Of a stretch of DNA of 40,570 bases, positions 1 through 8,141 are shown in pieces; position 1 is the stretch's first letter, and every line of letters begins with the position of its first letter. The notes under the pieces were generated by a model. It had not been told where the DNA came from and made no database searches. It was given only the letters and a program-made list of their open reading frames with translations. The stretch is from the sequence record SRR20825006_2358, one strand, 5' to 3'. The position numbers were made by a program, and so were the translations under genes.

Positions 1-30
1 CGTGCACAATCCGGCCCCGTGCACAATCCG
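1..30. repeat. 13-bp direct repeat CGTGCACAATCCG x2
   Basis: Identical 13-mers at 1-13 and 18-30. Confidence 0.8.
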
Positions 31-370
31 TCTCTTCACAGCGGCAGTCGAGGAAACCATGGATCGGGCAGATCAGGCACAAACAAATCCCCTGCTGCTG
101 CTTTTCCAGTGCCTGCTTAGCCGTGATACAGCCGCACAGCGACATTCTTCAAGTCGGCGCCGAGGCGCTGCCGCACGATTCCGCGGATCTCCCAACAGCT
201 CTACACGCGACATCAAGTCGGCGCATTCTGGCCTGAGCGTGGACAAGGACGCTGTGGAAACAGTTTCATATCCCGTCGCCGAATCCCGCGTCGGTCTCAG
301 TCTAGAAGGCTTCGAGATCGTATGGGCTCATCACCTCGCGCGCACTTCAGCCTGAGTATGTCAGTAGGGG
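1..370 (-). pseudogene. Decayed CorE-like ECF sigma factor (sigma4 plus Cys-rich tail), several frameshifts; runs to the window edge
   Basis: Manual minus-strand translation across frames gives *NCFHSVL / TLRPECADLMSRVELLGDPRNRAAA / LGADLKNVAVRLYH / AKQALEKQQQGICLCLICPIHGFLDCRCEE. This is colinear with CVCLYKLLPTLKSEYAEILWRADL...RVRLHRARQALRQQLEETCRTCPIHGYLDCEC of 9563..10177. The upstream limit is approximate. Confidence 0.75.
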
Positions 371-474
371 TTTGTTCTCTTTCATCGCTCCATCCTCTTG
401 AGAGTTGAAGCCTTCGGCAAACCCGGCGCGGTTCAGCCCGCCGATAGAAGGGCAGTTGTAGAACTTTGTGATAG

Positions 475-1164
475 TTACAAGCTACAGCTCTTGCCGTCGC
501 GCATTGATTCACAAGTGCAGTCGTCAAATCTACCTTCGGAGCAATCGGTGCAGAACGCTGCTAGAGAAACACGCAGTGCTTGGCGCGCCCGATGCAGGCG
601 CACTCTCGCATTCGATGGTGTGATCCCAAGATCAGCTGCGGCTCGTTCACGCGGTTCATCCGACAGATCGATCCGTTCAAGAATCTCTGCATAGTCCGGG
701 CGCAACCCCGGCACAAGCTTTCGAAGACAGCTGCAAACGCCTTTCTCGTTCGCTAGATCTACCTGGCCGTCGGCCAATACCATCTGGTCTTGCATGTAGC
801 TGTCTTTTCGGCGCCGCCGTGCAGCCTCACTGCGGTAATGATCGGTCAGCACCGAGCGCAACACCGTATACAACCAGGCGACCACACTTTCGCTATTCCT
901 AAGTACTGTCCCGCTGTTGATGACTCGCACGCAGAAAGTTTGAAGCACATCCTCCGCAGTGACCGAATCGCCGACCCGGCGCACGAGATAGCGACGAAAT
1001 TCGTGATAATAGTCGGTGAGTGCCATTTCTATTTCCGGGGTCATCGGCCGTGACGTGTTGTCGAGCTCATCGGAAAGTGGGTCGGTTTTAATCGTCTTAT
1101 GTGTTGCTACAGTCATGCTCAAAACCTCGGCCCGAGTTGGCAAGATCGGGCGATCTGGAAACAT
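475..1164 (-). CDS. ECF sigma factor, CorE/SigZ-like (ECF44/ECF238) with CxC linker and Cys-rich C-terminus
   Basis: Sigma2 (AEDVLQ..., WLYTVLRSVLTDHYR), linker CSC, sigma4 (LGITPSNARVRLHRARQAL), tail CTDCSEGRFDDCTC. The start codon is uncertain and could be a downstream Met. Confidence 0.88.
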   Translation of the reverse strand: MFPDRPILPTRAEVLSMTVATHKTIKTDPLSDELDNTSRPMTPEIEMALTDYYHEFRRYLVRRVGDSVTAEDVLQTFCVRVINSGTVLRNSESVVAWLYTVLRSVLTDHYRSEAARRRRKDSYMQDQMVLADGQVDLANEKGVCSCLRKLVPGLRPDYAEILERIDLSDEPRERAAADLGITPSNARVRLHRARQALRVSLAAFCTDCSEGRFDDCTCESMRDGKSCSL

Positions 1165-1253
1165 CTTCGGGCTGAGCGCCTTAGGTCAACGCACAAAAAC
1201 ACCCCACGCTAGCCTTGCGCTAAAACCCACCATAGGGGTCGAGTTTCGGGTTC

Positions 1254-1294
1254 ATAATACGAGAATCGAGAGCAACGGCATTGATCTAAATCAA
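1254..1294 (-). promoter_or_regulatory. FNR/FixK box with class II promoter geometry upstream of the sigma gene
   Basis: Perfect TTGAT-CTAA-ATCAA at 1281-1294. Minus-strand -10-like TATTAT at 1259-1254. The box centre falls about 41 bp from the implied start site (~1246). Confidence 0.75.
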
Positions 1295-1424
1295 AGCCAT
1301 AAAGAGTAACGGTACAGTAGTTCAGTAAGGGCAACCGCCGTGGTCGAAGGTAAGTCGAGAGAAATCTGTGGTGGACGCCGGGCGCGAACCTAGGCCGGGC
1401 AGCAGCAAACCAACACGGTTGCCC

Positions 1425-2318
1425 TTATCCGGCCATTCTGGCCGGCTTAGTCCCTCTGCGCGTCACCAACACGACCCCAAGAATCGCAAGGACAATGCCG
1501 ACGATCTGCATCCAGCCAAGGGTCTCACCGTAAAACAAAGCGCCCATTGCAAGGCCGAAAATCGGGATCAGGAAGCTTAACGCGTTCGCGCGGTTGAGAG
1601 GCGCTTTCTCCAGCACGGAGAACCATAGCCAGTATACTAACGCCGACCCGAACAGACTGAGAACAAGGAGCGCGCCTACAAATGGCAACGACCATCGGAT
1701 CGTTGTTGGCTCCTCCGTGGCCCAGGCGACAATAGCGAGCGGAACACTGCCGATGAGCAACTGGAGGCCCATTGCCATAAGGGCGTCGACGTTTCCGGCA
1801 ATTCGTTTAATTACAACGTTGCTCACCGTGACGCCGAGTGCAGCCAGGACAATATAGGCTACTCCTAGAATGTAATTTTCTTGCCCGCCGGTGAGTATCT
1901 GGGGCGAAGTGATGACGAGTATCCCCATAAAGCCCAAGGCAAGGCCTGCTTTGCCCAGCGCGGTCAACTGTTCTTTGAGGATGATACCCGCCAGGCCCGC
2001 CGCCAACAGCGGTTGGGTGTTGGCGATTACAGTGGCGATGCCCGGGGAAACGAATTCCGCGGCATGGAACATCCCCAAGAAGCCCAGGCTGGTGGCACCT
2101 GCGCCAACGATGGCCAACATTGTCCAGATTCGACGACTTTTGGGCAGGGGCTGCCGCAATGCAAGCGCGACGATGATCAACGCTGCGCCTGCCAGGAACG
2201 CGCGCAGCGTGGCGAATGTCAGGTGAGGGGCAAATTCAATGCCGACGGTTATCAGCGGGAAGCAGGCAGCCCAAAGCAACATGACCAGAATGATTTGCGC
2301 GATGATTCCAACGGTCAC
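1425..2318 (-). CDS. DMT/EamA family transporter
   Basis: About 10 hydrophobic segments in two EamA-like halves (LLWAACF..., NTQPLLAA, LIPIFGL...GE); GTG start. Confidence 0.85.
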   Translation of the reverse strand: MTVGIIAQIILVMLLWAACFPLITVGIEFAPHLTFATLRAFLAGAALIIVALALRQPLPKSRRIWTMLAIVGAGATSLGFLGMFHAAEFVSPGIATVIANTQPLLAAGLAGIILKEQLTALGKAGLALGFMGILVITSPQILTGGQENYILGVAYIVLAALGVTVSNVVIKRIAGNVDALMAMGLQLLIGSVPLAIVAWATEEPTTIRWSLPFVGALLVLSLFGSALVYWLWFSVLEKAPLNRANALSFLIPIFGLAMGALFYGETLGWMQIVGIVLAILGVVLVTRRGTKPARMAG

Positions 2319-2435
2319 TCGACTTTCATCCCATCGTCTATCCGTCCCGCGACACCACCATCACGACCTACTGGCGTTTGTCTGCCAAGTCTCGTGTCGT
2401 TGCTGATTGGATTCACACGAGTTGATCCGTTCGGT

Positions 2436-3350
2436 TCACGCACACTGGCAGGGATGAACGGCCCGGTTTTCCGCGCCGCGCGACATCTCGCGGGTCAACC
2501 AGAAACCGGCCCCGAGCAGCAATGCGCCACCATAGATCATGCCCTGCGCCGGGGTTTCGGCGAAGATAAGGTAGCCCAGCGTTGACGCCACGACCGGCGA
2601 GACGATGATATCGACGAGCGCATAGACATTGGCGTTGAGGGTCTTGAGGACGATGGAGATGCCGAAATAGGCGAAGCCGGTCGAGACGATGCCCAGCCCC
2701 GCTGCCCAGAGCATCACCGGCAGGTCCATCCCGAGTGCGGCATAGGAGATGGTCGCGGCGGGCGTGCCGGGGCCGGCGAGGATGAGCGCTGGCGACAGGA
2801 TCAGCGCCCCCGCGAGCATCGACCAGGCGATGTCGTTGCCGGCCTCGGTCTTTCCTTCGTAGCGCATGTAGGTGACCATGGCGGCGTAGATCGCGCCGTC
2901 GCCGAGTGCGACGAGGTTGCCGATCATGTGGCCGCCCTCAAGCGGCTTGGCGAGGACGATACCGGTCAGCGCGACGGCGAAGATCAGGATGTAGCTCTTG
3001 CGTGCCTTTTCACCGAGAAACAGCGCCGAGAAGATGAACACGAAGAAGGGCGCGACGCTCCAGAAGATCACCGCATTGGCGATGGGCACCAGCGTCATGG
3101 CGTAGTTGAAAACGCTGATCTGCGTGGCGATCAGCACGCCGATGATCGCGGTGTCTTTCAGGTTGCCTTTCGGAAAGCGCAAGGGCCGGCCGGTCGCCAG
3201 CGGCATGACCGCCATCAGAAAGGCGGCCGCGAAGCTCAGAGCGTAGAAATTCAGCGTCTGGATCGGGATCAGTCCGTCGGTGAGCTTCACGAACACGCCG
3301 ATTGTGGCCTCCGACAGCGTGATCAGCAGGAGCAGGAGAACGATCTTCAT
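2436..3350 (-). CDS. DMT/EamA family transporter with C-terminal HPCQCA
   Basis: Two EamA-like halves (APFFVFIFSALFLGEK, SPVVASTLGYLIFAE). The start overlaps the CDF stop (ATGA). Confidence 0.85.
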   Translation of the reverse strand: MKIVLLLLLITLSEATIGVFVKLTDGLIPIQTLNFYALSFAAAFLMAVMPLATGRPLRFPKGNLKDTAIIGVLIATQISVFNYAMTLVPIANAVIFWSVAPFFVFIFSALFLGEKARKSYILIFAVALTGIVLAKPLEGGHMIGNLVALGDGAIYAAMVTYMRYEGKTEAGNDIAWSMLAGALILSPALILAGPGTPAATISYAALGMDLPVMLWAAGLGIVSTGFAYFGISIVLKTLNANVYALVDIIVSPVVASTLGYLIFAETPAQGMIYGGALLLGAGFWLTREMSRGAENRAVHPCQCA

Positions 3351-4282
3351 TTCCGGCTGCGGCCCCCTGCCGTGCGCGTCACGTCGATGGCTTCAGCCCC
3401 GGACTCATCAAGGCAGGTGTCCTCGACCTGCAAGGTGACGAAGAAGAATCCGAATTTTTCTTTGAGCATGGCGTGCGCTGCCGCCAGGACCGCTTGGGGA
3501 TCGGTCTCGTCGGCGACGCGCACATGACCGGAGAAGACGTAACGGCCGCTGGTCAGAGCCCAGGCATGAACGTGGTGGGCATTCGCAACGCCTTCGACCT
3601 GCTCCAGCGCGCCGGTGACATCGGACAGGCCGACGTCGGCCGGTGTGCCTTCCATCAATAGGTGAGCAGCGTCGCGCAGAATGCCCCAGCTGGCCCAGAG
3701 CAGCACGAAGCCGAAGCCCATACCAAGGATCGGATCGATCAGCAGGAACCCGGTGAATTGAATCACGAGTGCCGTCACGATAATGAGCAGGCTGCCGACG
3801 AAGGTTTGAATGATGTGCCAAAGTGCGCCTTTCACGTTCAGGTCGCTCTGGCTCTGCTTCCAGATCAAGCCGAGCGAAATAAACTCGGTGAAAAGCCCGC
3901 CCGCCGCGGCCCAAAGCATCGGCCCGGTAGGCAGCTCGATCGGGTCGGACAGCCGCATCGCACCCATTACGATCACGATGAGCGCCATGCCCAGAAGGAA
4001 GCCGCCATTGACGAGCGCTCCGATAATCTCGGCGCGGTACCAGCCGAAACTGCGATCCTCGTCGGCGGGGCGGCGGGCAAGCTTGGCGGCGACGATCGCG
4101 ACTAGTACGCCACCCACCGCCGAGAAGGTGTGGAAGGCGTCGGAAATCACCGCGATCGAGCCCGTCCAGAGGCCGATGCCCATCTCGATTACGAAATAGA
4201 TGCCGGTCAGCCAAGCCGAGATCACCATTCCCCGTCCGCTTGACGGCATGTGGCCGGCATGGCCGCTATGGGCTTGGCTCAT
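3347..4282 (-). CDS. Cation diffusion facilitator (CzcD/ZitB-like)
   Basis: SDAFH, FGWYRAEIIGALVNG, NVKGALWH, LMEGTP, HHVHAW; His-rich N-terminus. ATG at 4282 preceded by GAGAGGA. Confidence 0.9.
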   Translation of the reverse strand: MSQAHSGHAGHMPSSGRGMVISAWLTGIYFVIEMGIGLWTGSIAVISDAFHTFSAVGGVLVAIVAAKLARRPADEDRSFGWYRAEIIGALVNGGFLLGMALIVIVMGAMRLSDPIELPTGPMLWAAAGGLFTEFISLGLIWKQSQSDLNVKGALWHIIQTFVGSLLIIVTALVIQFTGFLLIDPILGMGFGFVLLWASWGILRDAAHLLMEGTPADVGLSDVTGALEQVEGVANAHHVHAWALTSGRYVFSGHVRVADETDPQAVLAAAHAMLKEKFGFFFVTLQVEDTCLDESGAEAIDVTRTAGGRSRK

Positions 4283-4596
4283 TGATTCTATCCTCTCTTC
4301 ACGTACTCTTTGACTACAAAGTTCTGCGTTCATTTCGCGCCACGGCGAGGCAGACGCTCCCGCGGCTACCACCGGCTTCAGCGTGAAAGGATCCAGGATC
4401 ATTGCATCGCATCAGACCACCTGTCACTCCCCTCTTCGAGATCAGCCCCTATCTCATCCCTTGATTGGACGGGACAGGGGTAAATTCGCAGAAACTCGAG
4501 AGTTATTGCCAATTTATCTGTCGCTACTGTCGATTCCAAGTAAATTCTTGATTGCCGTTTTATTTCCCAGCACGGAACAGTCAAAATGTTTGGGCA

Positions 4597-5058
4597 TCAA
4601 ACCTTAAGAGGGGGTTCCAGCGTCAACATGACGAGGTGTAGGAGGGTCCGGCGGCCTAGCTGAAGTCGTCTGATGACTATCTGTTCGCTGAGACCGAGAT
4701 CTGTGGCGATCCTGGTGGGCGGATGATTCAGAATTTCCGCGCGCCACACCACCTCGGCGTAGCGGGGTTCCAAGAGACGCATAAGCGTTTCGATAAACTC
4801 CTGCAGAATTGCCTCCATCTCGGTGTCGTCGGAGCCGTCCGAGTCCGGTGGACACCCAGAATCTCCCTCCCCGTCGCTATTTCCGTTCCGGCCTTTGTGT
4901 GCCGCCAAAACGCCACCATCAAGGCTGTCGCGCTGGCGTCGGCATGGCTGGCACCTTGGGGTTAAAAACCCTTCTGGATGAACGAGCTGTTCGTTATCTG
5001 GATCAATCAGGCCGGCTTTTGAAGCGGCGCGGTTTCCATCTTCCATCGTCTCGATCAC
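4597..5058 (-). CDS. Sigma region-4-only protein related to the local CorE-like sigmas
   Basis: C-terminus LEPRYAEVVWRAEILNHPPTRIATDLGLSEQIVIRRLQLGRRTL resembles sigma4 of both intact sigmas, with no sigma2. GTG start with GGAGGAG RBS. N-terminal half contains CQPC. Confidence 0.6.
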   Translation of the reverse strand: MIETMEDGNRAASKAGLIDPDNEQLVHPEGFLTPRCQPCRRQRDSLDGGVLAAHKGRNGNSDGEGDSGCPPDSDGSDDTEMEAILQEFIETLMRLLEPRYAEVVWRAEILNHPPTRIATDLGLSEQIVIRRLQLGRRTLLHLVMLTLEPPLKV

Positions 5059-5128
5059 TTGGCCTCGCTCCTCCGCTGCTCAAAACCGGGACGGTGTGCC
5101 CACCCGGATTTTCATTGGCGTCACATAA

Positions 5129-5155
5129 GACGTGAATGGGTCGCCGAAAGTTACA
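5129..5155 (-). promoter_or_regulatory. Putative ECF promoter TGTAAC-N17-CGTC (toward sigma4-only gene, CDF, DMTs)
   Basis: GTTACA at 5150-5155 and GACG at 5129-5132 on the + strand; intergenic. Confidence 0.65.
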
Positions 5156-5229
5156 CAAATCCTTCACGGCCACCGGAGCGGGTCGGAGCTTTCCTTCCCG
5201 TCGAACGACTATGCGATCAGCGCTCCTTG

Positions 5230-5255
5230 TGTAACGGAGCCAGCCGGGCATCGTC
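5230..5255 (+). promoter_or_regulatory. Putative ECF promoter TGTAAC-N16-CGTC (phaB-phaA)
   Basis: TGTAAC at 5230-5235 and CGTC at 5252-5255; intergenic and divergent from the previous site. Confidence 0.7.
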
Positions 5256-5361
5256 TTCTAGACATGGAGGACCCCGAAGGATTGAGCCCGTCAGGAGGAA
5301 TGAACGTGATCAAAGACCTTGCCCAACGCGACACAACGCAATCTGCAGTTTTCGCACAAGG

Positions 5362-5379
5362 CTGCAACGGCCGTTGCAG
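5362..5379. promoter_or_regulatory. Perfect 18-bp palindrome CTGCAACGGCCGTTGCAG, possible operator upstream of phaB
   Basis: Self-complementary 18-mer ending 33 bp before the phaB ATG. Confidence 0.45.
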
Positions 5380-5411
5380 AGCGGCTGGTATCTCTTACGG
5401 GGGTTGAAATC

Positions 5412-6134
5412 ATGGGACGAACGGCATTGGTGACCGGCGGCACGCGCGGAATCGGCTCCGCGATTGCCAGAACCCTGCGCGATGCGGGCTATACGGTCGC
5501 CGCTAGCTACCACGGCAACGATCTGGCGGCCGAAGACTTCAAGGCGGCAACGGGCATCCCTGTTTTCAAATGGGATGTGGCCGATGACGAGGCCTGCGCC
5601 GCCGCCGTCGCGAAAATCACCACCGCATATGGCCCGGTCGAGATTCTCGTGAACAATGCGGGGATCACCCGCGACGCTATGCTCCATAAATTAACGTCAG
5701 AGCACTGGCGCGCGGTAATCGATACCGATTTGACCGCTTGTTTCACTATGTGCCGCACCGTCATTTCCCCGATGCGGGAGCGCGGTTACGGCCGCATTAT
5801 CAACATCAGCTCGATTAATGGCCAGAAGGGCCAACTGGGCCAGACCAACTATGCGGCGGCGAAAGCCGGTCTTCTGGGATTCACCAAGGCGCTAGCGCTC
5901 GAGAGCGCCGCCAAAGGCGTCACCGTCAACGCCATTGCCCCGGGCTATATCGAGACCGACATGGTCGCCGACGTTCCCCCTAAGGTTCTCGATAGCATCG
6001 TCGCCCAGATCCCGGTCGGCCGCCTCGGCCAACCCGAGGAAATTGCCCGGGCCGTGGTGTTTCTGGCGAGCGACGACGCGGGTTTCATCACGGGTTCGAC
6101 ACTGACCGTCAATGGCGGCCAGTACCTGATCTGA
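5412..6134 (+). CDS. phaB: Acetoacetyl-CoA reductase
   Basis: ALVTGGTRGIG, NNAGITRD, SSINGQKGQLGQTNYAAAKAG, NGGQYL. ATG 5412 matches the usual family N-terminus. Confidence 0.92.
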   Translation: MGRTALVTGGTRGIGSAIARTLRDAGYTVAASYHGNDLAAEDFKAATGIPVFKWDVADDEACAAAVAKITTAYGPVEILVNNAGITRDAMLHKLTSEHWRAVIDTDLTACFTMCRTVISPMRERGYGRIINISSINGQKGQLGQTNYAAAKAGLLGFTKALALESAAKGVTVNAIAPGYIETDMVADVPPKVLDSIVAQIPVGRLGQPEEIARAVVFLASDDAGFITGSTLTVNGGQYLI

Positions 6135-6185
6135 GCGGAATCAGGAACCAATCCACTCAAGCGAGACAAGAAGGAAAGCACACCG

Positions 6186-7373
6186 ATGACTCACAAGCAG
6201 GTTATGCTTTGTACCCCCGTGCGCACCGCGATCGGCACCTATGGAGGATCCTTGAAAGATCTGCCGGCGACCGAGCTCGGCGCAACGGCGATCCGCGCGA
6301 CGATCGAGCGGTCGGGCGTCGATCCCTCGCTCGTTCAAACCGTGGTCATGGGACAGGTGATCCAGGCGGGCGCCAGAATGAACCCTTCACGCCAGGCGGC
6401 AATCGGTGCTGACATTCCGGTTGGCGTGCCAGCGATGACCGTCAATCGGGTGTGCGGCTCTGGGGCTCAGGCGATCGCCTCGGCGGCCCAGGAGATCATG
6501 CTCGGACATATCGACTGCGCGGTCGCCGGCGGCATGGAGAACATGGACCAGGCCCCCTACATCGTTCAAAACGGGCGCTGGGGTTATCGCATGGGTGATG
6601 CCCAGATGCACGACAGCATGCTCCGTGACGGCCTGAACGACGCCTTTTCCAGCGAGCACTCCGGCTGGCACACGGAAGACTTGGTGAAGAAGGCTCAGAT
6701 TACGCGCGAAGATCAGGATCGCTGGGCCGAACGCTCTCAGCGGCGCTTTTCCGAGGCGCAGGCTGCTGGCAATTTCAAGCAAGAGATCGCTCCGGTAGAA
6801 CTCAAGACTCGTAAGGAGACGACCACATTCGACGCCGATGAACACAACCGACCCGACACGACCCTCGACAGTCTGAGCAAGCTCAGGCCTGCCTTCCGCA
6901 AGGAGGGTACGATTACGGCTGGCAATGCGCCGGGACTCAACAGCGGCGCGGCGGCGATGATAATCGCCGAGGCGACTTGGGCGGAGAAGAACGGTCTTAA
7001 ACCCATGGCCAGGTTGGTTTCCTACGGTGTGGGCGCGGTCGATCCCGGCATGTTCGGCCTCGGACCGGTACCGGCCGTCTTTCAGGCTCTGGAGCGGGCG
7101 GGCTGGAGCGTTGGCGATCTCGACCGCGTCGAGATCAATGAGGCCTTTGCCGCCATTGCCGTTGCGCTCGCGCGTGAGATCGGAATCGAACAAGACATCG
7201 TCAACGTCGAAGGCGGCGCTATTGCCCACGGTCATCCGATCGGCGCAACGGGGGCCGTTTTGACGACGCGACTCCTGCATGCAATGGAGCGCAATGGGGT
7301 CAAGCGGGGCTTGGTGACGCTCTGCATCGGCGGCGGGCAGGGCATCGCACTCACCTTGGAGCGGACGTCCTGA
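6186..7373 (+). CDS. phaA: Acetyl-CoA C-acetyltransferase (beta-ketothiolase)
   Basis: NRVCGSG, NEAFA, GHPIGATG, LCIGGGQG thiolase motifs. Confidence 0.92.
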   Translation: MTHKQVMLCTPVRTAIGTYGGSLKDLPATELGATAIRATIERSGVDPSLVQTVVMGQVIQAGARMNPSRQAAIGADIPVGVPAMTVNRVCGSGAQAIASAAQEIMLGHIDCAVAGGMENMDQAPYIVQNGRWGYRMGDAQMHDSMLRDGLNDAFSSEHSGWHTEDLVKKAQITREDQDRWAERSQRRFSEAQAAGNFKQEIAPVELKTRKETTTFDADEHNRPDTTLDSLSKLRPAFRKEGTITAGNAPGLNSGAAAMIIAEATWAEKNGLKPMARLVSYGVGAVDPGMFGLGPVPAVFQALERAGWSVGDLDRVEINEAFAAIAVALAREIGIEQDIVNVEGGAIAHGHPIGATGAVLTTRLLHAMERNGVKRGLVTLCIGGGQGIALTLERTS

Positions 7374-7530
7374 TGCTGACTGTCGGATCCGCAGGTGACG
7401 GGCAGGTAGCTTGAAGATGCCGTTCAAACCTACCGTCGCTGCGTGACCATAGTGCTTCATGCCGTTTTCTCCGCGTTCAAGCGGCCACAAAGATACTTAA
7501 AAACAAGAATGCCGAAGGATAGGGGCCAAA

Positions 7531-8040
7531 ATGCTTGTCGCGACAATACTGGCGCTGTCACTCGCCATATTGACGTTCTTATTTCATTATGCGGTTCTGC
7601 GTTGGCTGTCCGGTGGCATGGCGCGCATCGCGATGACCGCTGGTGTGCGTATCCTGGTCATCGTTCTTATGGTGACCGCAGCGCATCTCATCGAGATTGG
7701 GATTTATGCGGTCGCCTATGCGCTTGGTGATGGCGTCCTCGCCCTCGGCGGTTTCGGCGGCCTGGCCGTCGCCGAGCCGCTCGACTACCTCTATTTTTCG
7801 ATCGTGAGCTACACCTCGCTCGGGCTCGGCGATGTGTTTCCTTCTGATCACCTCCGCTTCATCACCGGCGTTGAGGCCTTGAACGGCCTGTTGCTGATCG
7901 CTTGGTCGGGATCCTTCATATATATCGCGATGGCACGTCTTTGGCCGTGGCGATCCTGCACCGAGCCGACTCGCGGCAACGCGGACAAGAGGTTCAAGTC
8001 GGCCCCGATGCCACCTCAAAATACGGACAGTATGAATTAG
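7531..8040 (+). CDS. Small potassium-channel-like (Ion_trans_2) membrane protein
   Basis: YLYFSIVSYTSLGLGDVFP pore helix and filter flanked by TM helices. Confidence 0.8.
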   Translation: MLVATILALSLAILTFLFHYAVLRWLSGGMARIAMTAGVRILVIVLMVTAAHLIEIGIYAVAYALGDGVLALGGFGGLAVAEPLDYLYFSIVSYTSLGLGDVFPSDHLRFITGVEALNGLLLIAWSGSFIYIAMARLWPWRSCTEPTRGNADKRFKSAPMPPQNTDSMN

Positions 8041-8141
8041 CCTTCCAAATGCTCATAGAATATTTCTGGTGTGGGCAGAACGGCAGAGACAATGTGCAGT
8101 ATAGGAATGCCCATATTCTATAGAGTGGGCGAGAGGATCTG

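Noticed and set aside
1-30. 13-bp direct repeat as a CRISPR or att site
   Set aside because: Only two copies 4 bp apart, with no spacers or cas genes; likely a local duplication in a pseudogene.
454-479. Minus-strand TGTAAC at the stop of sigma 475..1164
   Set aside because: No CGTC at a 16-17 bp spacing, so not counted as a promoter.
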